DNA of 64,000 nt, taken from contig OZ024740.1 in assembly GCA_964016885.1 (NCBI GenBank), positions 420,422,001-420,486,000 of the forward strand. The letters are read 5' to 3'. The stretch is from Eledone cirrhosa (taxonomy: Eukaryota). Positions 14,660-27,542 of the stretch are shown here, in pieces. How positions within the stretch are numbered: the first letter of the stretch is position 1; every line of letters begins with the position of its first letter. A program made the position numbers and the translations under genes. Under the pieces are notes generated by a model. It was given only the letters and a program-made list of their open reading frames with translations, searched no databases and was not told where the DNA came from.

Positions 14660-15014
14660 GAGCAGGTGTAAGTGTGAGAGAAAGGCAGAGCTTGGATGAA
14701 TTGAGGCAGATGCTGGGTTTAAGAGGAATCTAAGGTTGTGTGCAGGAGAGAAGACTGCGTTGGTTTGGACATGTGATGTGCATGGACAATGACTGCTGGG
14801 TGAAGGAGTGCCAGGAAATCCCAGTGGAATGAAGCCGCAGTGGATGACAACCAAGAAAGACCTGGGGAGATGTGGTAAGAGCTGACCTAAAATTGCTGCG
14901 AGTCACAGAGGAGATGACAAAGGAACACAACAAGTGGAGAGATGCTGTGTTGAGAAGGACCCGGCCAACCCATGCAAGCATGGAAAAATGGACATAGAAG
15001 CGTTGATGATGATG
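14660..15014 (+). mobile_element. Old degraded RTE 3' end
   Basis: RLRWFGHV-like coding remnant, aacccatgcaagcatgg, (GAT)n tail. Confidence 0.75.
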
Positions 15015-15037
15015 GTTATTATTTTCTTTGATAAGTG

Positions 15038-15310
15038 AAGGTGTGTGGCCGAGTAGTTAGGATGTTGGACTTATGATCATAATGTCATGGGTTTGATTAC
15101 TGGACTGGGTTGTGTGTTGTGTTCTTGGGCAAAACACTTCATTTCAAGATGCTCCAGTATATTCAGCTGAAAATGAGTACCAGCAATAGCTGGAAGTTTA
15201 ACCCTGTGATGAACTGGTGTCCTGTCCAGAGGGAAGTATTGTACTCTCAGTCACTTCACACCATGGAAACTGGGATATGCACCAGCTGAATGAGCCTCTG
15301 AGCTTGTGAC
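15038..15310 (+). mobile_element. Degraded tRNA-derived CORE-type SINE
   Basis: gtggccgagtagttagg; gttgtgttcttgggcaaaacactt. Confidence 0.6.
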
Positions 15311-16326
15311 AGACTTCAGATTTTGATCATTTTGTTACTTCTCATAATCCTTACAAATATATCTGCCTTTTTATGTTGGCACAAGTTGAAGGCATCTGCA
15401 AAATAAATGCCAATGATAGAACCTCCCTGCAGTCACTTATCTGTTAGAAATAGTAGCAAAACCTTTTTCAAATCACATTCTATCATGTTAACCTTTTTGA
15501 TACAGAACCACACAGAAACTACCTCTAGTTTTATAATACAAAAATGATCATTTTAAAGTGTTCATACTTATATTAAAACCTTTCATCATCATTTAACGTA
15601 AGAAAATTTTAAGTTACACTCTCAACATCAGTTTAATAACAAAAATGAAGCTTATTTTACTAAATTTTCTCTAAATTCTTGAGTATTTTTCGAAATTAAT
15701 TGAAATATAGGCAGTAGTTTTCATAAGAAAGATGGTAATGAAAGGGTTAAATAAAAATCTATTGGACAACGTAATCATAGATATAAAAAAAGACAGATTT
15801 TAGCACTGCTATAATTGTTATAGATCTTCTGGTTCAGGGCTGACCTGGGGTTAAACAACATCTTTAATCTTAAAAGGAAAGATACATTAGATAATGGAAT
15901 CCTAATCATCATCATCATCATGTTTTAATGTCCGCTGTAGCAAGGGTTGCTACGAGTCTACATAGATCAAGTCAGTACTGAAGCAGGAGAGGTTGTCATG
16001 CCTTTGACACAACTGAGGGTCCTCCCAACCTTTTATTTGGCAAGATTTCTACACCTGGATGTCCTTCCTATCACCAACCCCACCTAAATATGTATAAAAT
16101 AATGAGAAAGTTGGTCATGGCTAACATAGCTTTGATCAATCATAGGTCCAGTCAGTATTAACCTGGAGCTAAACAACAACAACAACATCTGTTGAATATT
16201 AACTCTCCTCTTAATCTTCATTAAGACATCTGTATAACTTCACTTCTTCAGATCAACTCAACTATCACACTTTCTATCTTTACCTACGACTTCACTAGCT
16301 ACAGACAAACACAGCCTATATTATCA

Positions 16327-16552
16327 TATGTGGGTCAACTGAAAAGTTCATAGGCTGACCAAGATACTCTCATGAAATGACCAAATGAAGTTTACTTTTC
16401 AACATAGTCTCTGGAAAGAAACAATACATTTATTAAAAGATACATTAAACAATACATTAAAAAGAAAAGTTGAAATTAATACATGCAAGATTTCACAGCT
16501 CTAGCACCACTCCTTCATAGGCAGCCTATGAACTTTTCAGTCCACCCTTGTA
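16327..16552. mobile_element. Mariner-like MITE
   Basis: TIRs gggtcaactgaaaagttcataggctg / cagcctatgaacttttcagtccaccc, TA at both ends. Confidence 0.75.
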
Positions 16553-17233
16553 TGTACACAATTCAGCATTTTACTAGAGAAATTCTTCCCTTTTATTTGT
16601 AATTGTAAGTGAGCATATATCGTTTCAAAGTGAGAATAGTGATTTCAAAGTGAGCACATATCACTGAAACAAAGTTTTCAACTTACTTATAACTAAGAAA
16701 ATCAGATAAAGACCCCTTATATAGGTAAAGACGTGACCAACAGTCACTATGAAGAATTGAACTTTGTATCTTTCAGATACTGACTGATACAAAGTTGATT
16801 GGATAACATCCATGAGCTTGGTTGGTCTCACTTGGAGATCCAGCCAGATCAATTAGAGATGGGTGCTTCTGACAGGATCTGCTGGAAGGACTCTGCCCCC
16901 TCTCAGGAATAAGTGGGCAAATAATAATAATAAGAAGAGATAGATAGTAAACCAAAATGTGCTGTCCTAAGGTAGATTCAATGTGAATACCAATGAGATG
17001 TATGCCTGTTTGTACAAAGTCACAAATAACAATCCAATCTGTTAACCCCTTTTGGAAAGATAAACAAATATTTTGCCCCTCTTCTTAGCTGAGAAGAACT
17101 TTATAATTAACAAGGTAAGTTTATATTTTGTCTCACTTTGAAAAGACCTGTGCTCACTTAGAATTACATATAATGTAGCCCCCACTACTTATTTCCCTTT
17201 TAAAGTTCTCTCTTTAAAAGGGAAAATAAATAC

Positions 17234-17903
17234 CTTTTGTTTGTACCTCTTTATGAATATTTTCTTGTCCATTCAATAATTCTTCTCCAAAACAAAAATT
17301 TTCTGGTTGTTGCCCACAATCAATAGATGACACATCTGGAATATTTTCGGTAGATTCAGTATTTTTATCAAAAGTTTCATTTGAAGGTAAAGTATGTTCT
17401 GTTTCTACATCAGTCTTGGATTTGACATTATCTTTCAATATTAATGGTTGTTTCCTAGGTCTACCAACTTTACGTTTTTTAATGTTAGTTTGTTGATTTT
17501 GATCCTCATGGGGTGATGATGATGATGAATGTAGAGAATTAACATAATTAGCGTAACGAGGATGTTGCCTAACTTCCCGTCCATGGAGGGAAATCTGAGG
17601 TAGTAACAAATTACATGATATTTCTTTATCAACCATGTCAGGTTTAATTAAAGTCTCCTTATCAGAACTTGGATTCAGATCCATATTACATTCTTTGTAT
17701 GCATATTCAGCATCTAAAAGATGACGAAGAGCTTTCTCCAATTGTGTCAGGGCAATAAATGACCCCGAAACACTTGCTCCTTCAGTTGTCATATTGACAG
17801 CAATTTTGTATTTTGACTGTAAATTATCCAAAAAGTTCTGGTTATTATGAGGTATAGCTTGCATAATGGAAGATGATAACAGTCCTGTAAGGTGTGAAAA
17901 TAC
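17234..17903 (-). CDS. C2H2 zinc-finger protein, coding exon 2 (AT-hook-like KRKVGRPRK)
   Basis: ttttcag acceptor, AAAG|gtattt donor; 670 nt open frame; phases 0/1 join flanking exons. Confidence 0.85.
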
Positions 17904-18224
17904 CTGAAAATATTAAAATGAAAAATACAGTTAATTAAAGGAAGAGTTTGAAAAAAGAAGTAAATATTAAATAATGATAATTGTTTCTATTATAAAAGTA
18001 GAAGTCCTCAAATTTAGGAGGGAAGTATAGACAATGTTTTTCTCACCTCAGCAAAGCCATAAAACCACTAAAATGCAAGGGATAAGGAAAAGGCAGAAAG
18101 CATAATCCCAAACAAGACAATAAAGCCACTACAATGGAAGGGGTTACTGTGAAGAGAGAAGGACAAGGCAGTGAAAACATAATTCAAGTTTTCCTAACCT
18201 GACCGAGGTCACAGCTAGTGCTCC

Positions 18225-18745
18225 AGTGTTGTAAAGTGGTAGTACTGGTGCCATGATAAAATGCACCCAGCCCTCTCTGTAAAGTGGTAGTGCTGGTGCC
18301 ACGATAAAATGCACCCAACTCTCTCTGTAAAGTGGTAGTACTGGTGTCATGATAAAATGCACCCAGCCCTCTCTGTAAAGTGCCATGATAAAATGCACCC
18401 AGCCCTCTCTGTAAAGTAGTAGTGCTGGTGCCATGATAAAATACACCCATCCCTCTCTGTAAAGTGGTAGTACTGGTGCCATGATAAAATGCACCTAGCC
18501 CTCTCTGTAAAGTAGTAGTGCTGGTGCCATGATAAAATACACCCAACTCTCTCTCCATAAAGTGGTAGTACTGGTTCCATGATAAAATGCACCCATATTA
18601 CAGTGTAAAGTAGTTGGTGAAAAGAAGGGCATCCAGCTGTAGGAACCATGCCAAAAATAGTACTTGCGAACAGTCACCTGATTTAACCTCAAACCCTGAC
18701 AATCCACCTGACCCTACTGGTATGGAAAATAGACGTTAAATGCTG
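18225..18745 (+). repeat. 48-bp minisatellite (about 8 units) expanded from an RTE 3' UTR, followed by the LINE 3' terminus
   Basis: Unit ctctgtaaagtggtagtactggtgccatgataaaatgcacccagccct; continues into gaagggcatccagctgtag...gacgttaaatg. Confidence 0.85.
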
Positions 18746-18799
18746 AAGATTAGAGCACTGAAGTTAAAGGGACATAACTACATGCTTGAAAGTATTGAA

Positions 18800-18988
18800 T
18801 TGGCAGTATCGGTAGAGGGTTGGAGGCCATGCTTTCTAGCATATAGCATAGTTACATCCCTTTATGGTCTGAGTTCAAATCCCGTCGAGGTTAATTTTGC
18901 CTTTCATCCTTACGGGGACGATAAAATAAAGTACCAGTAATGTACTGTGTAATTGCTGGCCTTGTGCCAAAAGTAGAAACAATTATAT
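18800..18988 (+). mobile_element. tRNA-derived SINE with Nin/Deu-type domain
   Basis: gagttcaaatccc B box; gcctttcatccttacggggacgataaaataaagtaccag. Confidence 0.75.
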
Positions 18989-19041
18989 TTATGACTAACG
19001 AAAATAATTTAAAAAAATCAACGTTTATAATAGAACATTAC

Positions 19042-19386
19042 CTCCCCTTGCTTATCAGGCACTTGATCGTACTTCCTCTCTTTCTCGTGCAAGTTGCTAG
19101 CAATTCCTTCAAACGTTGTATCACCATTAGAAATAGCGTTTGATTCTACACTTGCTGTATCTTCTTTCAACTGAATAAGAGTCGAGTTTACAGTGTCTTC
19201 ACTAAATGGTATGAGTGTCTCAACAACAACACGCTGTGGAATATCATATTGTTCTAATCCAGAAACTGTCTGAAGGGTCAAATTTGTAGTTGGTAAGTTA
19301 CTCCAAGTAATTTGTCTTTCCTGGAAACAGTCTGATGGCACTGATACGATGGTAAATGAGGCTTGTTCAGGTAAATCGTAAATCAT
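19042..19386 (-). CDS. C2H2 zinc-finger protein, first coding exon (putative start ATG 2 nt after an acceptor)
   Basis: cattattcag|aaATG; donor GAG|gtaatg; 345 nt, phase 0; spliced CDS totals 2205 nt (734 aa) without stops. Confidence 0.75.
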
Positions 19387-19493
19387 TTCTGAATAATGGT
19401 AAAGAGAAAATGATTAAAATTACTCATCAGAATTAGAAGAATAAATAAGGAGATACAATGAACCTCAGTATTTTACTGGTATTATTTGAACCT

Positions 19494-19668
19494 TGGCAGT
19501 ATCGGTAGAAGGTCGGACGCCATGCTTTCCAGCATAGTTACGTCCCTTTACGATCTGAGTTCAAATCCCGCCGAGGTTGACTTTCCCTTTCATCCTTACG
19601 GGGTCGATAAAATAAAGTACCAGTAATGCACTGAGTAATTTTCTGGCCTTGTGCCTAAAGTAGAAACA
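19494..19668 (+). mobile_element. Nin/Deu-type SINE with 13-bp target-site duplication
   Basis: Same family as 18800-18988; attatttgaacct at 19481-19493 and 19669-19681. Confidence 0.85.
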
Positions 19669-20302
19669 ATTATTTGAACCTAGAATTGTGAAACACTGAA
19701 AGTGATATTATATGGCATCTTGTACAATGCTTACTTCAGAGTAATAAATAACAACATATATATAATAAAGCTGTGAAATGCAAACATGGAAGATCTCTCA
19801 AGAGATTTAAGAGTCCTTGAGGAAGATACAGAACTGTTCAGTGAAGAACTGAGGCAGTTAATGTACGGTTGTGTGAGATGAAAAGGTTTTATCATGTCAC
19901 CTCAAAGAAGTAAATTAATTTTGTAGTCGTAGTCGTAGTAGTAGTAGTATATCATAATAAACAAAGATCTAATATGTATGAATTCAGTCTAACTAGAAAT
20001 GCTATACAAAATTGAAGACTGAACAATATATATTATGAATACTCTTTGAATCAGACCAAGCTATTTGTATATGCCACTATAACAGGAATACTTTTGGATA
20101 TATTAAGATGGGACTGATATAAGTCAACAAATTAGGAGATTTAAAAGTAAATGAAGGACATGATTTACTGATGATTCAAATATTGTAAATTGTGAGAAAA
20201 AACAAGCAACTAGTCAGACTACCTTTTATTATACAGGTCAGACTGTATATATATATATATTATCATCATCATCGTTTAACGTCTATCGATGCTAGCATGA
20301 GA

Positions 20303-20362
<60 letters not shown>

Positions 20363-20399
20363 GTATACACCTCAGCAATTTAGTAACATTTGAGTAATG

Positions 20400-20570
20400 G
20401 CTTGTTTAAAGTTTATATTTTCTGCAGCATTAACAGCCTCAGTGTGCACCTATTTCCAGCACAAAGCTATCCATAAGATGACTTGGCAGTCCCCAGGTAG
20501 GAACACCAGGAATGAAATCAACTACATCTGTATAAATCAACACTGGAGATCAGTAGTTCAAGATGTGAGT
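20400..20570 (+). mobile_element. LINE apurinic endonuclease remnant
   Basis: Translates as FQHKAIHKMTWQSPGRNTRNEINYICINQHWRSVVQDV, typical of the RTE-type APE C-terminus. Confidence 0.7.
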
Positions 20571-21268
20571 TTGTAAGATTTTAACTCGGTACTTCTTATG
20601 AAATGCACATCAATTAAGCAAGTTTGGTACTACATACAGCAGTAAATCAGAACACTTTTTTTTACAGGTAAGTAAAACCAATTAATTAAAAGTGAAGTAT
20701 TGTTTTTGATGCAAGTAGTCTGCCAAACTCCGCCTGGTTTTAAATAGGAACGCCGTGTGATAATACGGCGTTCCTACGACTCCCTCGGGAGTTACGCGAC
20801 CATGCCATGCCAAACAACTATGTACAATTCACAGATATATTGTTCTATATATACCATTCCACCACCACCCAACTAAGGATTGTACTAATACATGGAAAGT
20901 TGGGGCATGTCAGTCTGAACACATCTTGACAGGGAGATAACCTAATAACTATACAACGTCTTGATAGTTTCAAACATCAATTCAAGTGCATCAATCGGTC
21001 ACAGACCACAAGGGTCAACGGAAACTTTTGAGACAAGCCAAATAAATATAGTTTGTTTTCTTTCAGATATTGTAACTTAATACAGCATTTCTTTTTTTTT
21101 TTAAATTCTCGTGGAATATGGGGTGATAAATTTTATTTTATTTTTTTGTGCATTTTTCTGAAGTTTGACTTCAAATTAACAATTCTCAATCAACAATCCC
21201 AGACAGATTGTCACTATTTTTTTTAAAGCTATTTATTCAAAATACAGTGGGAACACGATTATATCGAA

Positions 21269-21415
21269 CCAGTGCATTACTGGTACTTTATTTTATTGAT
21301 CCTGCAAAGACGAAAAGCAAAGCTAAACTCGGTGGAATTAGAACTTAGAAAATGAAGGGAGATAACTCTATGCTGCAAAATATGTTGTCCGACGCTCTAC
21401 TGATACTGCCAAGCC
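21269..21415 (-). mobile_element. Degraded Nin/Deu-type SINE
   Basis: ctggtactttattttattgatc...ctgatactgccaa is the reverse complement of the 19494 family. Confidence 0.65.
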
Positions 21416-24400
21416 GGGTAGAACGGTTGGTAAATAATAGCTCCACCGTTCCACAACGAGAATGTGATATAACAAGCATGTCATGATATTACTGTCATAC
21501 ACTGAGCTACGATCGGCTTGCTAGAAATAGTATCCAAATCTTCCTCAAATTACATTGTACCGCCTTAAAGAATATATTAAATAATATGGTCCCCAGTATA
21601 CCTTTCCGCCTGTTACACATACACAAAAATTAAGATAGCTAGGGCTAAACAACACTCGGGAATGAATTTACGTCATGGCCACTTCGTGAATCAACAAACT
21701 GCTTTAGTTAGTTGTTACTAGTAGTTAAGTAGTGAGAGAATATTTAATATATTGTGAGTAAACGGCAGCTAAAATCCACCCCCTCCAGCTTTTTAAATTT
21801 TGCTAAACTATCTTCTGCGAAATTTTATTTTAAGTGGTAGCATTCCTTTAGACATTAAAAAATATTATACATGACAAAAGATAAGTACATTACTAGAAAT
21901 CCCATACTTTATAAAATAAATAAGATGGTTGGGGGTCTCAATATGTAACTAAACGACTAATCCTGTTTTTTTTTTAAATCAACGGAGACAATCTAGAAAA
22001 ATTGCCGATAACCCCCGCTCATTCATACCCCCCCCCCCCCCCCCCCTATTATTTTGGACCCAAGATAATCAACACAAATGTAATTGATAAAAATATTAAA
22101 GCTAAATGCAACCGACCAGCAACATATATTCAAGTTGTAGAATCTTAATTAACTGAAAATGTTCGTAAAATTTTACAAACTGCTTCTAGGTTGCAACGTT
22201 TAAATTTCTTCTATATATTTAAAACATATTTTTTATGTTATTCTACTGTAAATTTATTTATATGCTCTGTTTATATTTTCATTCTGAAAGAATTGCAAAC
22301 GATTTGTAATGTATTTATGAAATAAATTATAATTTCTATTTTAATTCCCATTCACTTTATGGTCTTATATTATAAGTCAGCTCTGTGATAAAGGGTTCTG
22401 CTAATGATTATCCCGTCCTATTTTATTTTCCAGACTCGTCACTTCTTTTTAAAAGGTGTGTGGCCGATTGCCACACTTGATGGTGAATTGATGGTTGTTT
22501 TTGTTTGTTGTTGTTTTCTCTTGCTTTGATCATATATTTTTAGTGCGTTATATTTATGAGGTTCCTAGCAATAATTAATTGCATTTATTATATGTTAATA
22601 TTTTCATTCTGTAAGAATTATAAACAATTTGTAATGTTATTTATACAAATGTAAATAGTAAAAATATTTATAAATATTAAAACACAATAGGGATTAATTT
22701 AAGGGAGATTCGACTGCTATTATTAGCAAATTAAGTGATTGCGTAGAGACTCCTCTCATTGTTTTATAAACTAGTAAAGTTTAACAACAAAGTATTTTTT
22801 TTAAGTTGACATATATAGGATGTTTTTTTTTTTTACATTGATGGGAATAATCTCTTGCGCAAACATAGCGATAGATAACAGAACTATATTATTTTGTCGT
22901 CTTAACAACTGAGAATGTCCTGTTAAATAGAAATCAAAAGGAAGATATGCGGCGGACTGAATGGTAAATCCGGGCACCTACTCTCTTAAATGGGGTGTAC
23001 ACTGAGAAATCGAACAAATATAATTAGCATACTTACTGATCAATATTATCGTTTAAATCTGTTTCCATTTATAAACTAAATAGATCAATAAAAACGCTTA
23101 ACCAGAGTTAGAAAATTAAAGGACTTAATGATTTTTTTAAAAACCTACAAATAAATGGCAACTTTTTTTTTCTTTTTTAATGTTCGAAAAAGAGATTAAT
23201 GAATCCTTATAATTTGATTGGTTAAAAATAATAATTTCTTCTTGTGAATTTATTTCTCGAAATTGTTATTTTATCATTTATATAGGTTAAATTTTGTGAA
23301 TTAAATTATTTTTTTATTTTTTCTACTCATATAATATCAATTTTAAATCAATAAACATGAAATATTTATTTTAGATATTTTCACAAATATCTTTATGTCC
23401 AGTTTTCACTAAGAAAGAGAGAGAGCTGAATTGTAAATATGTCATTTTAAATTTGTTACCGAGGTATATATTATTTATTTATTATCAACACTTCTCAACA
23501 TTTATTTAATATTAATGTTCAAAGTACTGTCCTAATATGAAATTACGGTGTTCTTATCTCGATATTATATTCAATAATTACATATTTTACCATCCTTCTC
23601 GGACATTTTCAATATCCTTCTATCCAATTATAATTTTCTTTTCTTTATCTTATACAATGTTATTTTGGTATATATACTACATATTTAGTAATAGTAAAAA
23701 CATGTTTAATTGATTCTTTCTTCTAAATGTTAGTATGTTTTAATATGAGACAGGAGGAACATGTTTCTATTTTAGTTATTTTATTTATGAAGCCGTTTTT
23801 GTTGTTTATCCCGAGTCCAACAGACTTTTAGCTAACACATTCCAACTATAACCATCTTATCTTTACATTTCAAACATAATCTAACTAGAACTACATTATC
23901 TAATGTATTCTCCCCAATTTTAAGTCGCTAGGGGTTTGATTTGAATGCGATTTAGCTGCTATTTCTAGCATGTTCAGTGATCCCTATTATAATGAAAGGT
24001 GAGTTCTGACATTTCCAAGAGGCATGCCGGAAACGTCTCACAAATCAAGTCTTGGGTCACACCGTCTTATTGTTGACTTATTAATTACCCAAACTACTTC
24101 TATATACATCGGGCTTTGTTTTATTCTGTAGTTCATCTACTTATTAACAAATATCACATCGCCCCACCACCATTGTCATTCTTATAAATATCCTCAGCAG
24201 AGAACCAGTCCTGAAACCATCATAACTTGGTTAAGGTTTTTCAATATAAATTCTGACACTTCTAGATTACTCTACATTACAAATTAAAGCAAAATTATAT
24301 AAATCTTTGTTTCAGTTTGAAATGCCGGATAATAACGAAGAAGCGCCTAATTTATTTAAATCTGATAAATATATATAAAAGAAAAAAAACTAGGCATTTT

Positions 24401-24579
24401 GTTAGCCTTTCAACGATTTACCAATCATCCTAATCTTATTTTGAATCAATAAGATGATTTTGGAGAAAGGAAACGCAGTAAATTATGATGTCAACAAATG
24501 GAATGTTTCTGCCCCTAGCCTTCGGGTGGTCTCGTCATTTTATTTACTAATCTAGGATATTTTTAATTTTTTTTTTATA

Positions 24580-25100
24580 TTAAAGTGCGTAGCTCGGAGA
24601 TCATAGAGTTGCTCCATGTAGAACCGCTACTTCTCAAAATTGAGAGATCACAGCTCCGATATTATGGGAATGTGGTTAGAATGTCTCAGGAAAGAATCGC
24701 TGGGCAGATTTTAGGGGCAAAACCAGCCGGCAGGAAACCCAGAGGTAGATCCTGAGCAAGATGGTTGTATAACATCCATGTTATACAACTGGTCTTTCTT
24801 GGGGATCCAGCTGGATCAATTGGAGGTGGTTGCTTCTGACAAGACCCGCTGGAAGGAGTGTTTGATGACACTGCCCCAGTGCCGGATTTAGGACAAATAA
24901 GGCTCTATGCTAGTTAAGTTATGAGGCCCCTTTGAACGTTGGACATTTGAAAAATTCATCATAAAAATAATTTTTGGCTGAAAGATGTCCCACTCTCCTT
25001 CCTGGCCAACAGGGCACTGTGCTTCAGCACACCTATGCACAATGATAAACCCAGCACTGCCCCCACGACCCTCTCAGGAATAAGTGGGCGAAGAAGAAGA
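24580..25100 (+). mobile_element. RTE (Expander/Rex3-like) 3' end interrupted by a MITE; shorter related piece at ~16790-16930
   Basis: VEPLLLKIERSQLRYYGNVVRM..KPRGR; shared end ccctctcaggaataagtgggc. Confidence 0.65.
24877..25059. mobile_element. hAT-like MITE
   Basis: Termini cagtgccggattta / taaacccagcactg; clean TSD not evident. Confidence 0.6.
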
Positions 25101-25324
25101 GGATTTTTCTTCATTCTCAGATACTAGTTAACACTCTGATGTCTTTTATATATATCTATCAGGGACGATTCCTGCCCCTTGAGCAAGAACATGCACTTTT
25201 TAAAACTATATAATTGAAGAAAGGTACATTTAGCATGTACAACATCTGCTCTATTTTCAGGTGTCTCATAAAAATGAAATATCTTTATTAAAATTATATT
25301 TGTTATTAACATTCATTTGTATAT

Positions 25325-25850
25325 ATCTTAGGCCAGTCTCAACTGGAAATAACCAGACTGGCCACTATTTATCTCGCTATTGTTTGACCAGGTTCTGTTA
25401 CTTCGTGGCTTTTCTTTCCAAAACTTCCTCACATTTGTCTTCACAGGGACTGTCAGTTCTATCAGAATGAACTTCTTCGTCTTCTCCAACCATATGACCA
25501 TGTCAGGCCTCTGGGTTGTTTGGATGACCATATGACCATGTCAGGCCTCTGAACTTCATCTTCTCTAACGATATGACCATGTTAGGCCTCTGAACTTCAC
25601 CTTCTCTGACCATATGACCATGTCAGGCCTCTCGGTTGTTTGGACAACCTGGGTAAACTCATTTCCCATTATTGTGCTGCCTGCATGAGGCTCTTCATCT
25701 TTCTGAAGGAGCATGGCTTCTCACCCTCTTTGATGAACAAGGTGCACAGGATTGGTTTCACTTATGTTTAGCAGGTTTTTTGTCTCTCTCTTGCTCAAGG
25801 GTGTCAGCTGATGATCTGAGAACCATACAAACATACTTCTTTCATGGCTC
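25325..25850 (-). mobile_element. HERO/R2-like restriction-like-endonuclease retroelement fragment with local tandem duplications
   Basis: TTQRPDMVIW..KKFILIELTVP motif; atatgaccatgtcaggcctct repeated about 4 times. Confidence 0.65.
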
Positions 25851-27542
25851 TGTAACTTTTAACCATGAGTTTTCAGTCAACTGAATTACTCATTAAATTG
25901 TTGAGTTAGTGGCTGAGTATTCCACTGACATATAGACACTTAATGTAATTCTGAGGCAGGATCAGTGAGGTATAGTGTGTAACAAAGACTTGAATTACTG
26001 ATAGTCCCATCCAGCAGACTTCCTCACTTAACATTTACCAAGTGTCACTCATGGTTTGTGTTGACTGAATCTATGGTAAAACGACTCTTGTTTTTCTCCT
26101 GGCCAGCTCTGTGATCGAGGATTCTGTATTAAATGATTGTAAACTGAACCTTAAACACTCAGCTGTCCTTACGTAGCCCCATTAAAACTGTCAAGAAAAT
26201 GATACCACGATGTCATCACATAGCCTCAATCTTTAAGTGTGTGTGTGTGTGGGGGGGGGGGGTATTAACAATTATCGTCCATTTTATTCTATGTCCATTC
26301 TATTAGTCCTTCCTTTTCATTTCTCCTTTAGCTAGGCTGCAGTTCTGGTCAGGAATCCCAGTCTCATTTCTCAACATATTTCTAGCAAGTTAAGCAACCA
26401 TTTAGAGGTTTCCTCTTTATGGTTTACATATTTTCTTTGAGTTAGAGATACATTAAAAGTAAGGCATTTCTTCTTTTTTTTCTTCATCAATCTTCAAGTT
26501 TTCCTTGAGTAAGTGTTAATATTCCTTAAGATTCACTTTGTACAGTAATGATAGAAAGTTAAACTCCTTTTCCCTGAAAAATATGGCTCATTTTTGGAGA
26601 AAAGCAATTATTATGTAAATTCTTCCATCAAAACTTGAAAGAAAAATAAACTCCTTAAAACTTTTGAGTACCAAATGTATATATATTATCAAATGTACCA
26701 CCTTGATATATATATATATATATATAATCAAATGTACCACCTTGATATATATATATATATAATCAAATGTACCATCTTGATATATATATATATAATCAAA
26801 TGTACCACCTTGATATATATATATAATCAAATGTACCATCTTGATATATATATATATAATCAAATGTACTACCTTGATATATATATATATATAATCAAAT
26901 GTACCACCTTGATATATATATATATAATCAAATGTACTACCTTGATATATATATATATTATCAAATGTACTACCTTGATATATATATATATAATCAAATG
27001 TACCACCTTGATATATATATATATATATAATCAAATGTACTACCTTGATATATATATATATATAATCAAATGTACCACCTTGATATATATATATATAATC
27101 AAATGTACCACCTTGATATATATATATATTATCAAATGTACCACCTTGATATATATATATATAATCAAATGTACTACCTTGATATATATATATATATAAT
27201 CAAATGTACCACCTTGATATATATATATATTATCAAATGTACCACCTTGATATATATATATATTATCAAATGTACCACCTTGATATATATATATAATCAA
27301 ATGTACCACCTTGATATATATATATAATCAAATGTACTACCTTGATATATATATATATAATCAAATGTACTACCTTGATATATATATATATAATCAAATG
27401 TACCACCTTGATATATATATATATAATCAAATGTACTACCTTGATATATATATATAATCAAATGTACTACCTTGATATATATATATATAATCAAATGTAC
27501 TACCTTGATATATATATATATTATCAAATGTACCACCTTGAT

